This document shows, piece by piece, positions 24,840 to 37,290 of a stretch of DNA of 64,000 bases. The notes beneath the pieces were generated by a model, which was not told where the DNA came from, did not search any database, and saw only the letters and a program-made list of their open reading frames with translations. Positions within the stretch are counted from its first letter, which is position 1; every line of letters starts with the position of its first letter. A program made the translations under genes and the position numbers. Origin of the DNA: Malacoraja senta (lineage: Eukaryota); assembly GCA_038087875.1 (NCBI GenBank), contig CM075990.1, positions 12,960,001 to 13,024,000 of the forward strand, read 5' to 3'.

Positions 24840-25950
24840 GCACAGGGATGTAATGCTGAGGATCTATAAGGCGCTGGTAAGGCCGCACTTGGAACATTGC
24901 GAGCCACTTTGGGCACCATATCTGAGGGAGGACGTGCTGGCTCTGGAGAGGGTCCAGAGGAGGTTTACAAGAATGATCCCAGGAATGAGTAGGTTAACCT
25001 GTAATGAGCGTTTGTCGGCACTGGGCCTGTACTCGCTGGAACATAGAAGAATGAGGAGGGACCTCATTGAAACAAATAGAATAGATCTACAAATCGCCTG
25101 ATCTACATCGGTGAGACCAAGTGGAGGCTTGGCGATCGTTTCGCCGAACACCTCCGGTCGGTCCGCAATAACCAACCTGAGCTCCCGGTGGCTCAGCACT
25201 TCAACTCCCCCTCCCATTCCGTATCTGACCTCTCTGTCCTGGGTCTCCTCCATGGCCACAGCAAGCAACACCGTAAATTGGAGGAAATGCACCTTATATT
25301 CCGCTTGGGCAGTCTACATCCTGGGGGCTTGAACATTGAATTCTCCCAATTCTGCTAGCCCTTGCTGTCCCCTCCCCTTCATCAGCCCTCTGGTTGTCTC
25401 CTCCCCTCCCCCAGCCCTCGGGCTCCTCCTCCGCCTTTTTCCTTTTTTCCATTCTTCCCCCCACCCCCTATCAGTTTGAAGAAGGGTTTCGGCCCGAAAC
25501 GTTGCCTATTTCCTTCGCTCCATAGATGCTGCTGCACCCGCTGAGTTTCTCCAGCATTTTTGTGTACCTTCGATTTTCCAGCATCTGCAGTTCCTTCTTT
25601 AACAGAATAGTGAAAGGCTTGGATAGAGTGGATGTGGAGAGGATGTTTCCACTAGTGGGAGAGTATAGGACTAGAAGAATCAAAATTAAAGGACGTTCTT
25701 TTAGGAAGGAGATGAGGAGCAATTTCTTTAGTCAGAGGGTGGTAAATCTGTGGAATTCTTTGCCAAGTCAGTGGATATTTTTAAGGTAGAGATAGATAGA
25801 TTCTTGATTAGTACAGGTGTCAGAGGTTGTGGGGAGAGGCTGGAGAATGGAGTTAGGAAGGAGAGATAGATCAGCCACGATTGAATGGCGGAGTAGACTT
25901 GATAGGCAGAATGGTCTAATTATACTCCTATTCCTTATGACCTTATGACA
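24840..25950 (+). mobile_element. CR1 LINE 3' fragment split by a Penelope insertion
   Basis: DVMLRIYKALVRPHLEHC...RRDLIETNRI resumes after the insert as RIVKGLDRVDVERMFPL...FFSQRVVNLWNSLP. Confidence 0.88.
25085..25604 (+). mobile_element. Penelope-like element, 5'-truncated: GIY-YIG endonuclease C-terminal half and pLTR
   Basis: From 25098: LIYIGETKWRLGDRFAEHLRSVRNNQPELPVAQHFNSPSHSVSDLSVLGLLHGHSKQHRKLEEMHLIFRLGSLHPGGLNIEFSQFC*. (a)gaatag is repeated at both junctions. Confidence 0.88.
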
Positions 25951-28900
25951 GATCTTAGGGAGTGGTTGTCAACACATGTTCCCAACTCCCAGAGTCACTC
26001 CCATCTACAATGGCGACTCTATCTCTGCCGTTGGTTCTGAATCATGAGGCAGTGTGGAGTCAGGGGACTTTAGGTGGAGGAGAGGGAGCTGAGGGCTGAG
26101 ATAGCAAAGGCAATGGCCGTGTGGGCCAGAGATTGGAGATAACCTCTTGGGCATTCGGCACAAAACGGCTAATTAAATGGGTGGAAAGGTGAAGCAGAGA
26201 ACCGGTCCCAGGTGATACCGGCAACTGAAAGGTTAAACCATGCTTTGTCGATAAGTCCACAACACTTCATCGATGTTGCACCTGAAACCATGTTGTGTCA
26301 ATAGCAACAGGTAAATGCTTCAGCAAACTTCAACAGAGTGCTGATTGGCCTCAAGTAAACCAATTCACTCTGTTAAACTAACCGGCTGGGCGGAATTGAA
26401 ATGAACAGGGTCAAGCATTCATTGAGCTATTATTTGCGCAGCATAATTTGAGGCCGAAGGTTAATTTACTTTTAAGTGCAATAAATGTAGTCAGAGTCTA
26501 TTTACAATGAGCTTCAGCGCTGCAGTGCAAGGAGAAACAAATGTGTACGACAGCCAGCTAAATGGGCTCAATCAAGCTTTGTGAAGAACATCAATGATTG
26601 GGCCTGCACCGTGTTTGGATATTTTTGAAATTTAAAAAAATATGATTGGGCTCTTAATAACCAACTAAAAAATATAAAGTTACAAATCACCTTGCAGCTG
26701 TTGAGAGCTACCTGGCTGTTCCTATTGTGATGTGTAAGGAAACTAAGCATGTTTACAGCAAGGACCTGCATTTATAAAAAGTATCTTTAGTTTAGTTTAG
26801 TTAACAGCAATCCCTGCACACTAACGTTTTCCTACACATACCAGAGACAACTTACAATTATACCAAGCCAATTCGCCTACAAACCCGTGTGTCTTTGGAA
26901 TGTGGGAGGAAACCGGAGATCCCGGAGAAAAATCACACAGGTTACAGGGAGAACGTACAAACAAATAGTAGTCAGGATGGAACCCGCGTCTTTGACGATG
27001 TAGGCAACAACTCTACTGCTGTGCCCTTACCATCTTTACCATCAAAGTGTACACAAAAGTAATTGAAAATCTGGGCACAAAACGGCTAATCAAATGGGTG
27101 GAAAGGTGAAGCAGAGAACCAGTCCCAGGAGATAATTTTTGATAAACATTTCTTTAATTCATGGCTGGAGTCAAACAAAAACTGTCCCTGCCTTCATGGT
27201 AGGGGGCAAAACAGGTCTGGGGAACCATATTGAATATGAGGTACAGGGAGTGGAGGAAGGAACTTCAGATGCTGGTTTACACCGAAGATATGCTGGAGTA
27301 ACCCAGCGGGACAGGCAGCATCTCTGGAGAGAAGGAATGGGTGATGTTTCGGGCCAAGACCTTTCGGACTTTATTAGATATTTTTTAATTTAAATACTTT
27401 AACTTAATTAAAATAATTTAAATCAAATTCTTGAAATAGTGGGTGCGTTACCCTGTTCAAATGGCAGAACCCAAAAAAATCTCTTGTGTGCAAGCCAATA
27501 TTGCCGCATAATATTTCCAAGCAGTGGTACTTGGCAGTGTTTCATTCTTCAATATTATTGACTCTGCTTCTGAGAACCAGCGCTGCTGGTGGGCTGGAGT
27601 GCTTGCATTGTTCTTCAGTGGGCCTCCAGGTCAAGACAACTCTTTGGAAAAGTGTGTTTATTGATCCCAGTCCTGTCTGTAGAGAACCCGCCAGGCACCG
27701 CAGAGCTGATAACTGAGGCGTTTTGGTGCAGTTACTCAGTGAACGCTTACTGATAAAGCTATCGTCAGCAGGAACTCACAGAGTAATCCCCTGAATGAGG
27801 ACACATTAAGTAAGTCTTGAGACAAGATCATGACTTCCTCTTTAAATACACTTTGGTTTCGGAAAGTGGTTCACTGCGGCCTTCTCCAGGGCTGCGTGGA
27901 TGGAAATAAATACCCTGTCCAGATCCCATGCCTGAATAACACAGCTATGAATGCACTGCAGAACGTACCCTGACCGGTTGCATCATGGCCTGTTATGGCA
28001 ATTCCAACGCACAGGAAAGTAAGAGGCTGCAGAGAGCGATGGACTCAGCCCGGTCCATCACGGGCACAGCCGTCTGGTGGTAGAAGTTTGGACACAAGTT
28101 ACAGCTGGAGTAACTCAGCAGGACAGGCAGCAGCTCCGGAGAGAAGGAAGGAGTGACGTTTGGTTCGAGACGAAACGCCAGCCATTCCTTCTCTCCAGAG
28201 AAGCTGTCTGTCCCACTGAGTTACTCCAGCTTTGGTTTAAACCAGCATCTGCAGTTCCTTCCTACGCAGTAGATGTTTGGTACTGGATTCCCTGAATGGC
28301 AATTGTGGATTTTAAAACCAAGATCAAATGATGAAGAGATGATGGGTAAACGGCAGGTGTACAGATCAGATCACACACCAGCCATAACTTCAACAAAGTG
28401 GTCTCAAGTTAAATAGTCTATTCCGGTTTCCAGAATCCTACATTACACCACCTGTTCTTAAGTTTGGTATCAATTTGCATTATTGATATAGCTCCTTTTT
28501 TAATCTGCATGAGACATTGCAGCTACAGACTGCAGGCTTGTTAAATAATGGGACTGGGAGAAGTAGCTGAGGGCATCTTTGCAGTGGGTTGGCAAACCCT
28601 TCAAGAGGTACCTGGGAGGAAGGCACCAGCGGAATGCATGAAGACAGCAAGACAATGCCTAGAGTGAGTGGGGAACACAGGACTGCAGCGATGTGGAGAC
28701 ATCAGTGACTGGGAAATAGGATACAGGAGGCAAGGAACATAAGTAGCCAGGTTGAACTTTGCCACTTCAATAGCAACAGGATAACACAAAGCTCCACTCG
28801 GCTAATTCCCCCAGCTTTACCGCAGAATATTACCACATATTGCACTATGAGCTCCTGCAAGGAGCAAGGTCCAGGAAAGAGCGTTCACGTCACGGCCCTG

Positions 28901-30595
28901 TTTCCACCAATCTTTCCACCACCACGCATAAGAAGCACAGGAAGCGCAAGACAGACACCACTGTATGCAGATGCCGAGACGCGTGTTCAGCTCTGGCTGA
29001 ACAACTTCTAATCTTGTGCGTGGACTCAATAAGAAGAAGCTCCTGCACCAGAAATCTTTTAATCTCGGCTCCATGTTCTGGAAGTCCTTTCTTTAACCTC
29101 TCAGCAACCCAAGTCTCTCTGGGAAATTCATCTCAAGAGTCAAGTCAAGAGTCAAGAGAGTTTATTGTCATATGGACAATGAAATTCTTGCTTTCTCTCC
29201 AAACACCATCTAAACGTGATAAGGGTTTCTGCTTCTACCGCCTGATCAGAGGTGAGTTCCAGACTCTTATATCATCTCCCAAGTGAAATGACTTCCTTAT
29301 CTCCTCTCGAATCCTTCAACCAGCTGCTTCAAAGCTATAACCATAGTTTTTATGCTACTGCGTAGGGAAATGGGTCATTTCTATTTACTCTTTTGAAGTC
29401 CCGTGTACACGCAAAGAAAATGACACGAGCATATCCAAGCTGGCGTGGACAGTGGGTGAAGAGCCTGTTTCCATGCTCTATCTCTAACCAGTATCTTCCC
29501 ATTTATTATGTGTTTCTTTTTTCTTTTTTTTAAAATATGGAACGCTTCACGAATTTGCGTGTCATCCAATTTTAGTATATGTGCTGCCGAAACGTGATTC
29601 TTTGGTTTCAATCATCTCCCCATCTCAATACTCTGCACGTCTATGGGTTACATATGATTCACCACTTTTTTGCCCCACTTGGATGAATACTATTTTCTTA
29701 CAGTGCTTTCCTTTTCCTCGTCAATCACCACTGCCTAGTTTCCCTCTTGCCTGCAGATTTTGACATAATCTCCCCAATGTACAAGTTCACTTTCCTGCCT
29801 CTCCACAGCAACAGTTCACCCATTTGTTCATCTATGTCTTAAATATAGAACATAAGGTTTAGGTTCAGATTTATCATTATCACATGCACCAATGCACAGT
29901 GGAAAGCTGTAAATCAGATAGTTCCATACAGAAATGCAATCAGGCCAAACGTCAGTGCAAGAGTTAGAGCAACTGGGAAGATACAGTGTGCAAAGTATAA
30001 TTCTCAGCATTGTAGTGCGCCAGTTCCAGAGACACAACAGCACAAGAAACCATAGGCATTTCAGCTCACCATGTCTGTGCCAACTATAGTGGCAATTTAA
30101 GTAACCCAATCTGCCTGCTCATCATTTACGTACCTCCATTGCCTGCCGGTTCTTGTCCCTGTCTAATGCCACTTAAATGCTGATATCACATCAGCTTCTA
30201 CCACCCGCCCGGCAGCATTTTCCAGGAACCTACCATTCTCTGTGACATGTGGGCTGTTAAGTGTCATAGAGTCATACAGCGTGAAAACAGGCCCTTCGGC
30301 CCAACTTTCCCACACCGACAAACATGTCCCATCTACTCTAGTCCCACCTGCCTGCATTTGGCCCATATCCCTCCAAACCTGTCCTATCCATATACCTGTC
30401 TAAATGTTTCTTAAACGTTACGATAGTATCTGCCTCAACTATCTCCTCCGGCAGCTCGTTCCATACATCCACTACCCTTTTTACAAAATGGTTCCTAATA
30501 AATCTTTGCCTCCTCACCTGAAAGTGAATCGGCAATTGTAAATTGCCCAGAGTGTCGGTGGGTGGTCGGAGAATCGGTAAGGGTGTGTTGTTAAA

Positions 30596-32612
30596 ACACA
30601 TGAAAAGTTTCTTTAGGTTCGTGAAAAGGAAAACATGAGTTAAGACCAATGTGGGTCCCTTGAAGACAGAAACAGGTGAATTTATTATGGGGAACAAGGA
30701 AATAGCAGACGAATTGAACAGGTACTTTGGTTCTGTCTTCACCAAGGAAGACACAAACAATCTCCCAGATGTACTAGGGGACAGAGGACCTAGGGTGACA
30801 GAGGAACTGAAGGAAATTCACATTAGTCAGGAAATGGTGTTGGGTAGACCGATGGGACTGAAGGCTGATAAGAGATTAGAGATTCCTTTATTTGTCATTC
30901 AGACCTTTCGGTCTGAACGAAATTTCGTTTCCTGCAGTCATACATATAATAATAAATAACAAAACACATAATAAACACAAATTAACATCCACCACAGTGA
31001 GTTCACCAGGCACCTCCTCACTGTGATGGAGGCAAAAGTCTTAAAGTCTCTGTCTCTTCCCTCCTTGTTCTCCCTCTGCGCTGAGGTGATCCAGGCTTTA
31101 CCTCAGGCCCTGCGGTAAATCCCCAGGGCCTGATGGTCTGCATCCCAGGGTACTCAAGGAGGTGGCTCTAGAAATCGTGGACGCATAGTTAATGTTATCC
31201 CACTTTTTAAGAAAGGAGGGAGAGAGAAAGCAGGGAATTATAGACCAGTTAGCCTGACATCGGTGGTGGGGAAGATGCTGGAGTCAATTATTGAAGATAT
31301 AATAGCAGCACATTTGGATAGTAGTAACAGGATCGGTCCAAGTCAGCATGGATTTACGAAGGGGAAATCTTGCTTGACTAATCATCCAGAATTTTTTGAG
31401 GATGTGACAAGTAAAATGGATAAGGGAGAGCCAGTGGATGTAGTGTATCTGGACTTTCAGAAAGCCTTTGATAAGGTCCCAGACAGGAGATTAGTGGGCA
31501 AAATTAGAGCACATGGTATTGGGGGTAGGGTGTTGACATGGATAGAAAATTGGTTGGCAGACAGGAAACGAAGAGTAGGAATTAACGGGTCCCTTTCAGA
31601 ACGGCAGATAGTGACTAGTGGTGTGCTGCAAGGCTTGTTGCTGGGACCGCAGCTATTTGCAATATATATTTATGATTTAGATGAAGGAATTAAAAGTAAC
31701 ATTAGTAAATTTGTAGATGACACAAAGCTGGGTGGCAGTGTGAAATGCAAAGAGGATGCTATGAGGATGCAGGGTGACTTGGATAGGTTGGGTGAGTGGG
31801 CAGATGCATGGAAGATGCAGTATAATGTGGATAAATGTGAGATTATCCACCTTGGTGGCAAGAAAAAGGCAGATTATTATCTGAATGGTGTCAGATTAGG
31901 AAAAGGGGAAGTGCAACTAGACCTGGGTGTCCTTGTACATCAGTCACTGAAAGTAAGCATGCAGGGACAGCAGGCAGTGAAGAAAACTAATGGCACGTTG
32001 GCCTTCATAACGAGAGGATTTGAGTATAGGAGCAAAGCGGTCCTTCTGCAGTTGTACAGGGCCCTGGTGAGGCTGCACCTGGAGTATTGTGTGCAGTTTT
32101 AGTCTCCTAATTTGAGGAAGGACATTCATGCTATTGAGGGAGTGCAGTGTAGGTTCACGAGGTTAATTCCAGGGATGGCGGGACTGTCATATGCTGAAAG
32201 AATGGAATGACTGAGCTTGTATTCACTGGAATTTAGAAGGGAGGGGATCTTATAGAAACATATAAAATTATGAAGGGATTGGACACGCTAGATGCAGGAA
32301 ACATGTACCCAATGTTGGGGAAGTCCAGAACCAGGGGCCACAGTTTAAGAATAAGGCCATTTAGAACTGAGATGAGGAAAAACCTTTTCACCCAGAGAGT
32401 TGTGAATTTGTGGAATTCTCTGCCTCAGAAGGCAGTGGAGGCCGATTCACTGGATGCATTCAAAAGAGTTAGATAGAGCTCTTAGGGCTAGCAGAATCAA
32501 AGGATGTGGGGAGAAGGCAGGAACGGGGTACTGATCATAGATGATTAGCCATGATCACATTGAATGGCCGAAGGGCCGAATGGTCTACTCCTGCACCTGT
32601 TTTCCATGTATC
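30596..32612 (+). mobile_element. Degenerate CR1 LINE ORF2 (RT) with a nested insertion at ~30871-31116
   Basis: NYRPVSLTSVVGKMLE..., YLDFQKAFDKV and SKFVDDTKL motifs, with stops and frameshifts, ending in a CR1 3' tail. Confidence 0.92.
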
Positions 32613-32913
32613 TGTGAGAAAGGATAGATTACAGGAAAAAGATGGTGGAATTATACTGATGGAATTTCTCTGCGACGATGGGCTAAATGACCTGCTTTTA
32701 TGAAAATATTAAATATGCAATCGAAACATTCTTTCAAATGTCTCCATTTTGATTTTAAATCTAAATCAGGTACCATTTCTCCCTTCTACTACATTATATT
32801 TAGTTTTTCTAATGGAACGAATAATCAAAATAATAGGTAATCAAAATAAATAACAGATAATCTAAATAAAACATGACCCATAACTCTATGATAAATGAAC
32901 CGGCAAGGTACCG

Positions 32914-33230
32914 GGCGGTCACGGTGGCGCTGCGATAGGGTTGCTGCCTTACAGCGAATGCAGCGCCGGAGACACGGGATCGAACCCGACTACAGGTGCT
33001 GCTTGTACGGAGTTTGTACGTTCTCCTCGTGACCTGCGTGGGTTTTCTCCGAGATCTTCGGTTTCCTCCCACACTCCAAAGACGTACATGTATGTAGGTT
33101 AATTGGCTTGATAAAAGTAAAAATTGTCCCTAGTGGGTGTAGGATAGTGTTAATGTGCGGGGATCGCTGGTTGGCGCGGACCCGGTGGGCCGAAGGGCCT
33201 GTTTCCGTGCTGTATCTCTAAAACTAAACA
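32914..33230 (+). mobile_element. V-SINE (HE1-like), about 70 bp from the microexon donor
   Basis: tRNA head, V-core and tail. Confidence 0.85.
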
Positions 33231-33302
33231 TTTATAATAAACATCAATGAGTCAATGGTAACCCCAAATTCAACTATGTAGCAAAATAAAACTGCTACTA
33301 AC

Positions 33303-33311
33303 CTCCACTTC
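33303..33311 (-). CDS. SPOCK2: SPOCK2-like 9-nt microexon (GAAGTGGAG = EVE)
   Basis: Minus strand reads ...gttgctcatcag|GAAGTGGAG|gttagt, with a long pyrimidine tract and CACTAAC/TACTAAT upstream. It supplies the EVE found between NRFRD and DDY in SPOCK2, and is phase 0/0. Confidence 0.88.
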
Positions 33312-36300
33312 CTGATGAGCAACCCGAGATGGAGAGAGAGAGAGCACGGGAAAGAAAAATGGAAAAAAATGCAATTAGTATGTTAGTGTGAAATAAATTG
33401 ACACTAAACCAAACACCGTATCAGTAATCCATTCAATGCAAACCAGGACCAGAGCCCAATCTCATCAGAAATTATCCCTTTAAAGCACGAAGCCCACACT
33501 TGTGCCACTTGAGAGTGAAGTGCCCATGAGAGTGGAGGACCAAACTGCAGCCTGACCTTCAACAGGTCAAGGTCTAGACTTGGCTCTGCAGCAAGCAATC
33601 CTCCCAGCAGTGGACACACGAGCACAGGCCACCATTAAACAACACCCTTTTGCCGAGGAGGTGCCTGGACCACATGAGAGGAGACCATCCACTCCTCTGT
33701 CAAGGACGCGAGACTGTACCGTGCTGCAGCTGGTCGAGCTGCCGCCTCACAGCAATAGTGACCCCGGTTCAATCCTGACCTCCGCTGCCGTCTGTACAGA
33801 ATTGGTTAAGTTCTCGCTGTGACAGCATGGGCTTCCCCTGGGTGTTCCAGACTCCTCCCACTTCTCACATATGTGCAGGTTGGTGGATTAACCGGCTGAA
33901 GTGTGCATGTGCCTGGCAGAGTCTGGAGGGATGTCGGAGAGAATGAAACTATGATTTGCATGAAGGGGTGCTGGCTGGCTGGTATGGATTAGATGGGGGA
34001 ATGGCCTGCCTCCCTGACTGTGTGTGTGACTAGAACAAGGAGCCGGGCAGATGAGTAGCTCTCTCGCCTTCAGTCAGGAGCCCTGTGGTGGCAAGTTCAG
34101 GGCCTGCAGTAGCTGGCCAGGGTTGGTTTAATAGACGGGGGGAACGGAACAAAATAAGGTAAAGTTTCAACGAGACAATAATGATTTCATCGGTCTGCAT
34201 GTGGTAAAAAAATATAACAATGTCATCCATACAAAAAAAAAGACACATAGTTTGCTGTGGGTGGAATTTGTCCTCTGGAATTACATTTAAGAAATCTATT
34301 TAATTCGATTCATGTGAATCAGACTACATGCCATCATCATGCTTGTTACCAGGGCCTCGATCAGAATATGAATCAGGAGGCCATTCAGTCCCTACTGCTA
34401 GCCCTTCTCCACCATTCAATTCTATCCCAACTAATCCACTAATGGCAAAAACCTACCTACTCACTCTTCAGTGCCCCAGCAATCCCAGGAAACCTTTTAG
34501 GGAGAGAATCCATCTCTTCCTGGCTTCATTCTGAAGTAGGTTAGATCTAATATTGCGATGGCTCTTCAAGTTAGTTTAGTTTACTATTGTCACATGTACT
34601 GAGGTACAGTGAAAAAGCTTTTTTTAATGTTGCGTGCTATCCAGTCAGTGAGTAGGCCATTCTGCCCCTCATACCTGTCCCGCCATTTACTTTGAAGCAG
34701 ATCATGACTCCTCCTAATCAGGACTTGATAATCTTGACAATTATAGTCACTTCCTTATGCAGCTTCAGGTTCTCTGGGTCCGCAAACCCCCCGCATGAGA
34801 GAACAACCTTCCTCATTTCACACTCGAGGTGCCCAGACCATTAAAAATAAATGCATCTCCTTCCACAACAGAAGGCTGGAGTGTTCCCGCCTGATGTGGC
34901 TTGATGTCACTGCTCTGTGCATCGGCAGGGAGCCACAAGAAATAGACTTCAGAAATTAATCTTTGATGAAGAAGCCAGGTCTCGTTCTGTTTTAAACTAG
35001 AGTTGCTTTCACCTTGAGCTGGGAACCATACAATCAAGCAGAGCGAGCGTTCCTCTTGAGCATAACCAAGGTCAAGCAGATCTTAAATTATTAAAATAGA
35101 AACGCTGACGAAATCGCCAATAAACTGACCATTAAAGTAATGGTTGAACAGCAGCCTCCAACCATAAAAAGAGCGATGGTTATTTCATTTATGTCTTATC
35201 GGTCTGATAATTGCCATTGTCCAACTTTGAACTCTCACAGGAGTTTAACTAGTGGTGATAAAAGGAACTGCAGAGGCTGGAATCTTGAGCACAACACAAA
35301 GTGTTGGAGGAACTCAGTGGTCAGGCTGCATCTGCGGAGGGAATGGACAGGTGACGTTTCGGGACGGGACACTTCTTCTGATTGATTGACTGACTAGGAT
35401 CTTGACCACCCGTCTGAAGAAGATCCCTCAAGCCGAACATCGCCTGTTCACTCCCTCCACAGATGCTGCCTGATCCACTGAGTTTCTCCACCACTTTGTT
35501 TCATTTCTTCTCACTTCTTGAGGGTCACCATTGCACGGACAATCAAGTCCACAAAAAGTAGCCTAACTGACCACTCCTCTGCTTATTTATTCTAGGTTCT
35601 AGCTGTGGCCAGAATGGCTGCAGTGATTGCCCAAAGCTGAAGGCATTGCACCTTACAGTGACTCATTGGATGTGGTGTGCATTGAGATATCGAGTAATGT
35701 GTGCCTATGACATTTAACACTGGTCATTCGACTTAGAACTGTCAAGAGGTGGAATAATGTCCTGTTTAATTTCTCAAGGGAATGAGCAACAAGTATCTTA
35801 TTTTGTCTTAAAAAATTGATTCTCCCTTAAATTACTAGGGTCGTTTCTCAAACTAAAAAAACGTGGAAACATTCAGCAGGTCAGGCAGCATCTGCGGAAG
35901 GAGAAATAGTTCAATGGTTAAATAGTCTGAGACCCTTCATCATCAACCTGAAATGTTAACTTTGTTTCTCTTTCCACAGATGCTGTCTGATCTGCTGAGT
36001 GTTTCCAGCATTGTTGGTTTTATTTCAGATTTCCAGTATTTAAAACAAAACCATTCTTTCCCCAATAGGTTTGGTCAACAGTAACAAAGTGTGGTGTCAC
36101 CAAGAATTGAAGGGAGATTTCACACTCTGGACATTCTTTGGCTCAGTTTCATCCACTGGTTGTGGAGGAATAGCTCACAGGGGCTCGACAAAGAGAAGGC
36201 ACGTCGAAAGTTAAAGGGAATTTGAAGATTCTGATGAGACCAACTTCCACACTTTGAGAGAAATGGCAATTCCGCCCAGGATTACACAAATGTGAATCCC

Positions 36301-37059
36301 AAGACAGCAGTGAGAGCTGGGCGTTTGTTTTCACTTGATCTGGTATCATCTCTCTATAGTGTAGATGCATGTTGCAATGCATTTCCATCCAAGGTAGAAG
36401 ACAAATGTGGAGTATGGCCATTAACATTGAGATGTCGCCAATCTTAGCCGCCAGGCACCTCGCGAACCCCAGGGAGAAGTTCCTCACAAGCATTAATGAA
36501 GGTGGTATGGGGGTCCCTTCGTTGTTGCTAGACGTGTACCAGCCATCTGAAGATAGACACACTGGAGTAACTCAGTGGGTCAGGCAGCATCTCAGGAGAA
36601 AAGGAATAGGTGACCTTTCGGGTCGAGAACCTTCTTCAGACTATCTGATCTCTCTTCGCCTCTCCACCTCTTGCTTGGCTTGCTGCACCTTTAATCCTAC
36701 TTGCTGCCATGCCAAATCTCCATTTTCTGGAGACAAGGGTGGGATTTTAACCGCGGTTGTTTTATTAGCGAGTTAATCAGAGTGTCAGCATCTGGATCTA
36801 AGCCTTGGCTCACCGCGTAATCAATCACTTGTGAACTGGAAGGGCAGAATTCAATGGATTTCTGACAGTGATTGAGGGTGAAACTCCGCCACGCTATTGG
36901 AAAAGAGACTTGCACATTCATAGCAACTTTCCAAACTGTATCACAGCCAATGAGCTAATTAAATCTCCTGTGGCAAGGTTTCAGACAATTAGTAATGGGG
37001 AGAGCTCATCACAACAATTTATGCACAAATAAAAGTGTAATAATAATTAAACATCGTCT

Positions 37060-37290
37060 TGGTGATGTTGATTAATGGATAGCATTCATCGCTACACTCC
37101 TCTGCTCTTTCCTGAAATGTTGGCATGGGGATTTTTATAGCCACTCGTGTTGGTAAATAATATCTCACCCAGACGGTAACGCCTCCAGCAGTGCAGCACA
37201 CCTTCAGTACAGCACTGGAGGCCTGACCTCTATCCTCAAGTCTTGGAGTGGGTCTTGAACTCACAACCTTCAGAGAAGCCAATGCCAAGA
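37060..37290 (-). mobile_element. Old Deu-domain SINE (AmnSINE1/SacSINE1-like) fragment
   Basis: cagtgcagcacaccttcagtacagcactgg...caagtcttggagtgggtcttgaactcacaaccttc resembles the DeuSINE core/head as I recall it. Similar remnants at ~13200-13320, 23740-23890 and 57870-57960. Confidence 0.55.
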
